Assembly (NCBI RefSeq): GCF_004010195.1
Contig: NC_057718.1
Span: forward strand, 77,140,079 to 77,204,078
Reading direction: 5' to 3'
DNA: 64,000 nucleotides
Source: Chiloscyllium plagiosum
Lineage: Eukaryota
Shown here: positions 62,504 to 64,000 of the stretch, one piece after another
Layout of the letters: every line of letters begins with the position of its first letter
Position numbering within the stretch: the stretch's first letter is position 1
Position numbers and translations under genes: made by a program
The notes under the pieces: model-generated
What the model was told of the DNA's origin: nothing
Database searches by the model: none
The model's input: only the letters and a program-made list of their open reading frames with translations

Positions 62504-64000
62504 AAAAAAAAAGTCAAAACAACAGCAGTTTTAAAAGGGTGAAGAGCAGACAAAGGAAGCACGTGATGAGGACAGTGCAGGAGAGAGAGAAAGAGAGAGA
62601 ACACCTGCACTGTTACCGCCTTTGCTGTTTGAATTCATGAATCGCTGGACATCGGAGTGCATCTGGGAAAATTAACAAACAGTGAAATTCACAACTAATC
62701 TTGGAGGAACTGTTGGGCGAAGTTCACAACACAGAATCAAATAAGTTAATTGTTGTTTTAAGTCTGTCCAAGAGAAAGGCTGGATTAGTGAGTACAGTGG
62801 GTTCTTTATGGATTGTATGTTTTTGGAGATAAGTCTCTTGATTAAACTTAAAATATAAGCCATAGCTATTAATTTAACCTGGGGCAGTGATTGTAGAGGA
62901 ATAAGACGGTGTTGTTTTCTGGGTCTGTAGATTGTGAAGGAGCAAAAATGGCCTTTGCAGTGATATGTACTTCTTGTCAGATGTGGGAGTTTAAAGAGAG
63001 TTTAAGGGTTACTGCGGATTATATCTGCATAAATGCTGTTGGATGCAAATATTGTCAGATCGAGTGGATCGGTTGGAGAGACAGACAGAAGCGATGAGGA
63101 ATTTGCAACAGCAACATTATGTGATGGATGGCAGTTATAGGAAAGGGGGAAAGGCTCAGATACAGTTACATAGATGGGTTAACTCCAGGAAGGGTAAGAG
63201 AGGTAGGCAGCTAGTGCAGGAGCCTTTTGTGGATATACACATTTCAAACAGGTATGCTATTTTGGAAAATGTAGAGGGTGATGGATTCTCAGAGGAACGT
63301 AGCACGAACAGCCAAGTTTCTGGTATTGAGACTGGTTCTAATGCAACGAGGGGTATGTCGGCTTCCAAGAGATCAATTGTGTTAGGGGATTCTGTAGTCA
63401 GAGGTACAGACAGACGTTTCTGTGGTCAGCAGAAAAAAGAAGGATGGTGTGCTGTTTCCCTGGTGCCAGGATCAAGGATGTCTCAGAGAGGGTGCAGAAT
63501 GTTCTCACGGGGGAGAGGGGAAGCAAGAGGTCATTGTCCATATTGGAACCAACAATATAGGAAGGGAAAAGGTTGAGATTCTGAAGGGAGATTACAGAGA
63601 GTGAGACAGAAATTTAAAAAGGAGGTCCTCAAGGGTAGTAATATCTGGATTACTCCCAGTGCTACAAGCTAGTGAGAGCAGGAATAGGAGGATAGAACAG
63701 ATGAATGCATGGCTGAGGAGCTGGTGTATGGGAGAAGGATTCACATTTTTGAATCATTGGAATCTCTTTTGGGGTAGAAGTGACCTGTACAAGAAGGACG
63801 GATTTCACCTAAATTGGAAGGGGACTAATATATTGGCAGGGAAATTTGCTAGAACTGCTTGGGAGGATTTAATCTAGGAAGGTGGGAGGGTGAGACAGTG
63901 AGGAAAGAGATCGATCTGAGTCGGGTACAGCTGAGAACAGAAGTGAGTCAAACAGTCGGGGCAGGCAGGGACAAGGTAGGACTAATAAATTAAACTGCAT
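62504..64000 (+). mobile_element. CR1 5' end: 5'UTR and ORF1 (Zn-finger + SGNH esterase-like), frameshifted; runs off the window
   Basis: MAFAVICTSCQMWE, ISNRYAILE, IVLGDSVVRG, VHIGTNNI, KKDGFHLNWKG. Confidence 0.88.

Overview
Eukaryotic, repeat-rich vertebrate DNA, very probably a shark (HE1/V-SINE-type and Deu-domain SINEs, dense CR1 LINEs; taxon is inferred). The window lies inside one + strand protein-coding gene. Six splice-phase-compatible exons (9014-9265, 14126-14236, 17448-17592, 27761-27860, 47613-49221, 58687-58816; 2347 nt, no stops) encode the middle of a CENPJ/CPAP/SAS-4-family protein. It keeps the tubulin-binding PN2-3 motifs and the start of the central coiled coil but seems to lack two motifs typical of canonical CENPJ, suggesting a divergent paralog. 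Start and stop lie outside what I can see. The introns are filled with retro- and DNA-transposon relics: a full-length decayed L1 with TSD, many CR1s, L2 fragments, a solo LTR, a hAT with a perfect 8-bp TSD, and a Harbinger relic. The most striking non-coding signal is about a dozen Penelope-like (PLE) insertions from roughly four sequence families that carry minimal hammerhead-ribozyme motifs. Several are non-coding hairpins with TSDs, and one is a 42-bp insert that is little more than the ribozyme core. Repeat boundaries without a TSD are approximate; all calls are by eye, with no database searches.
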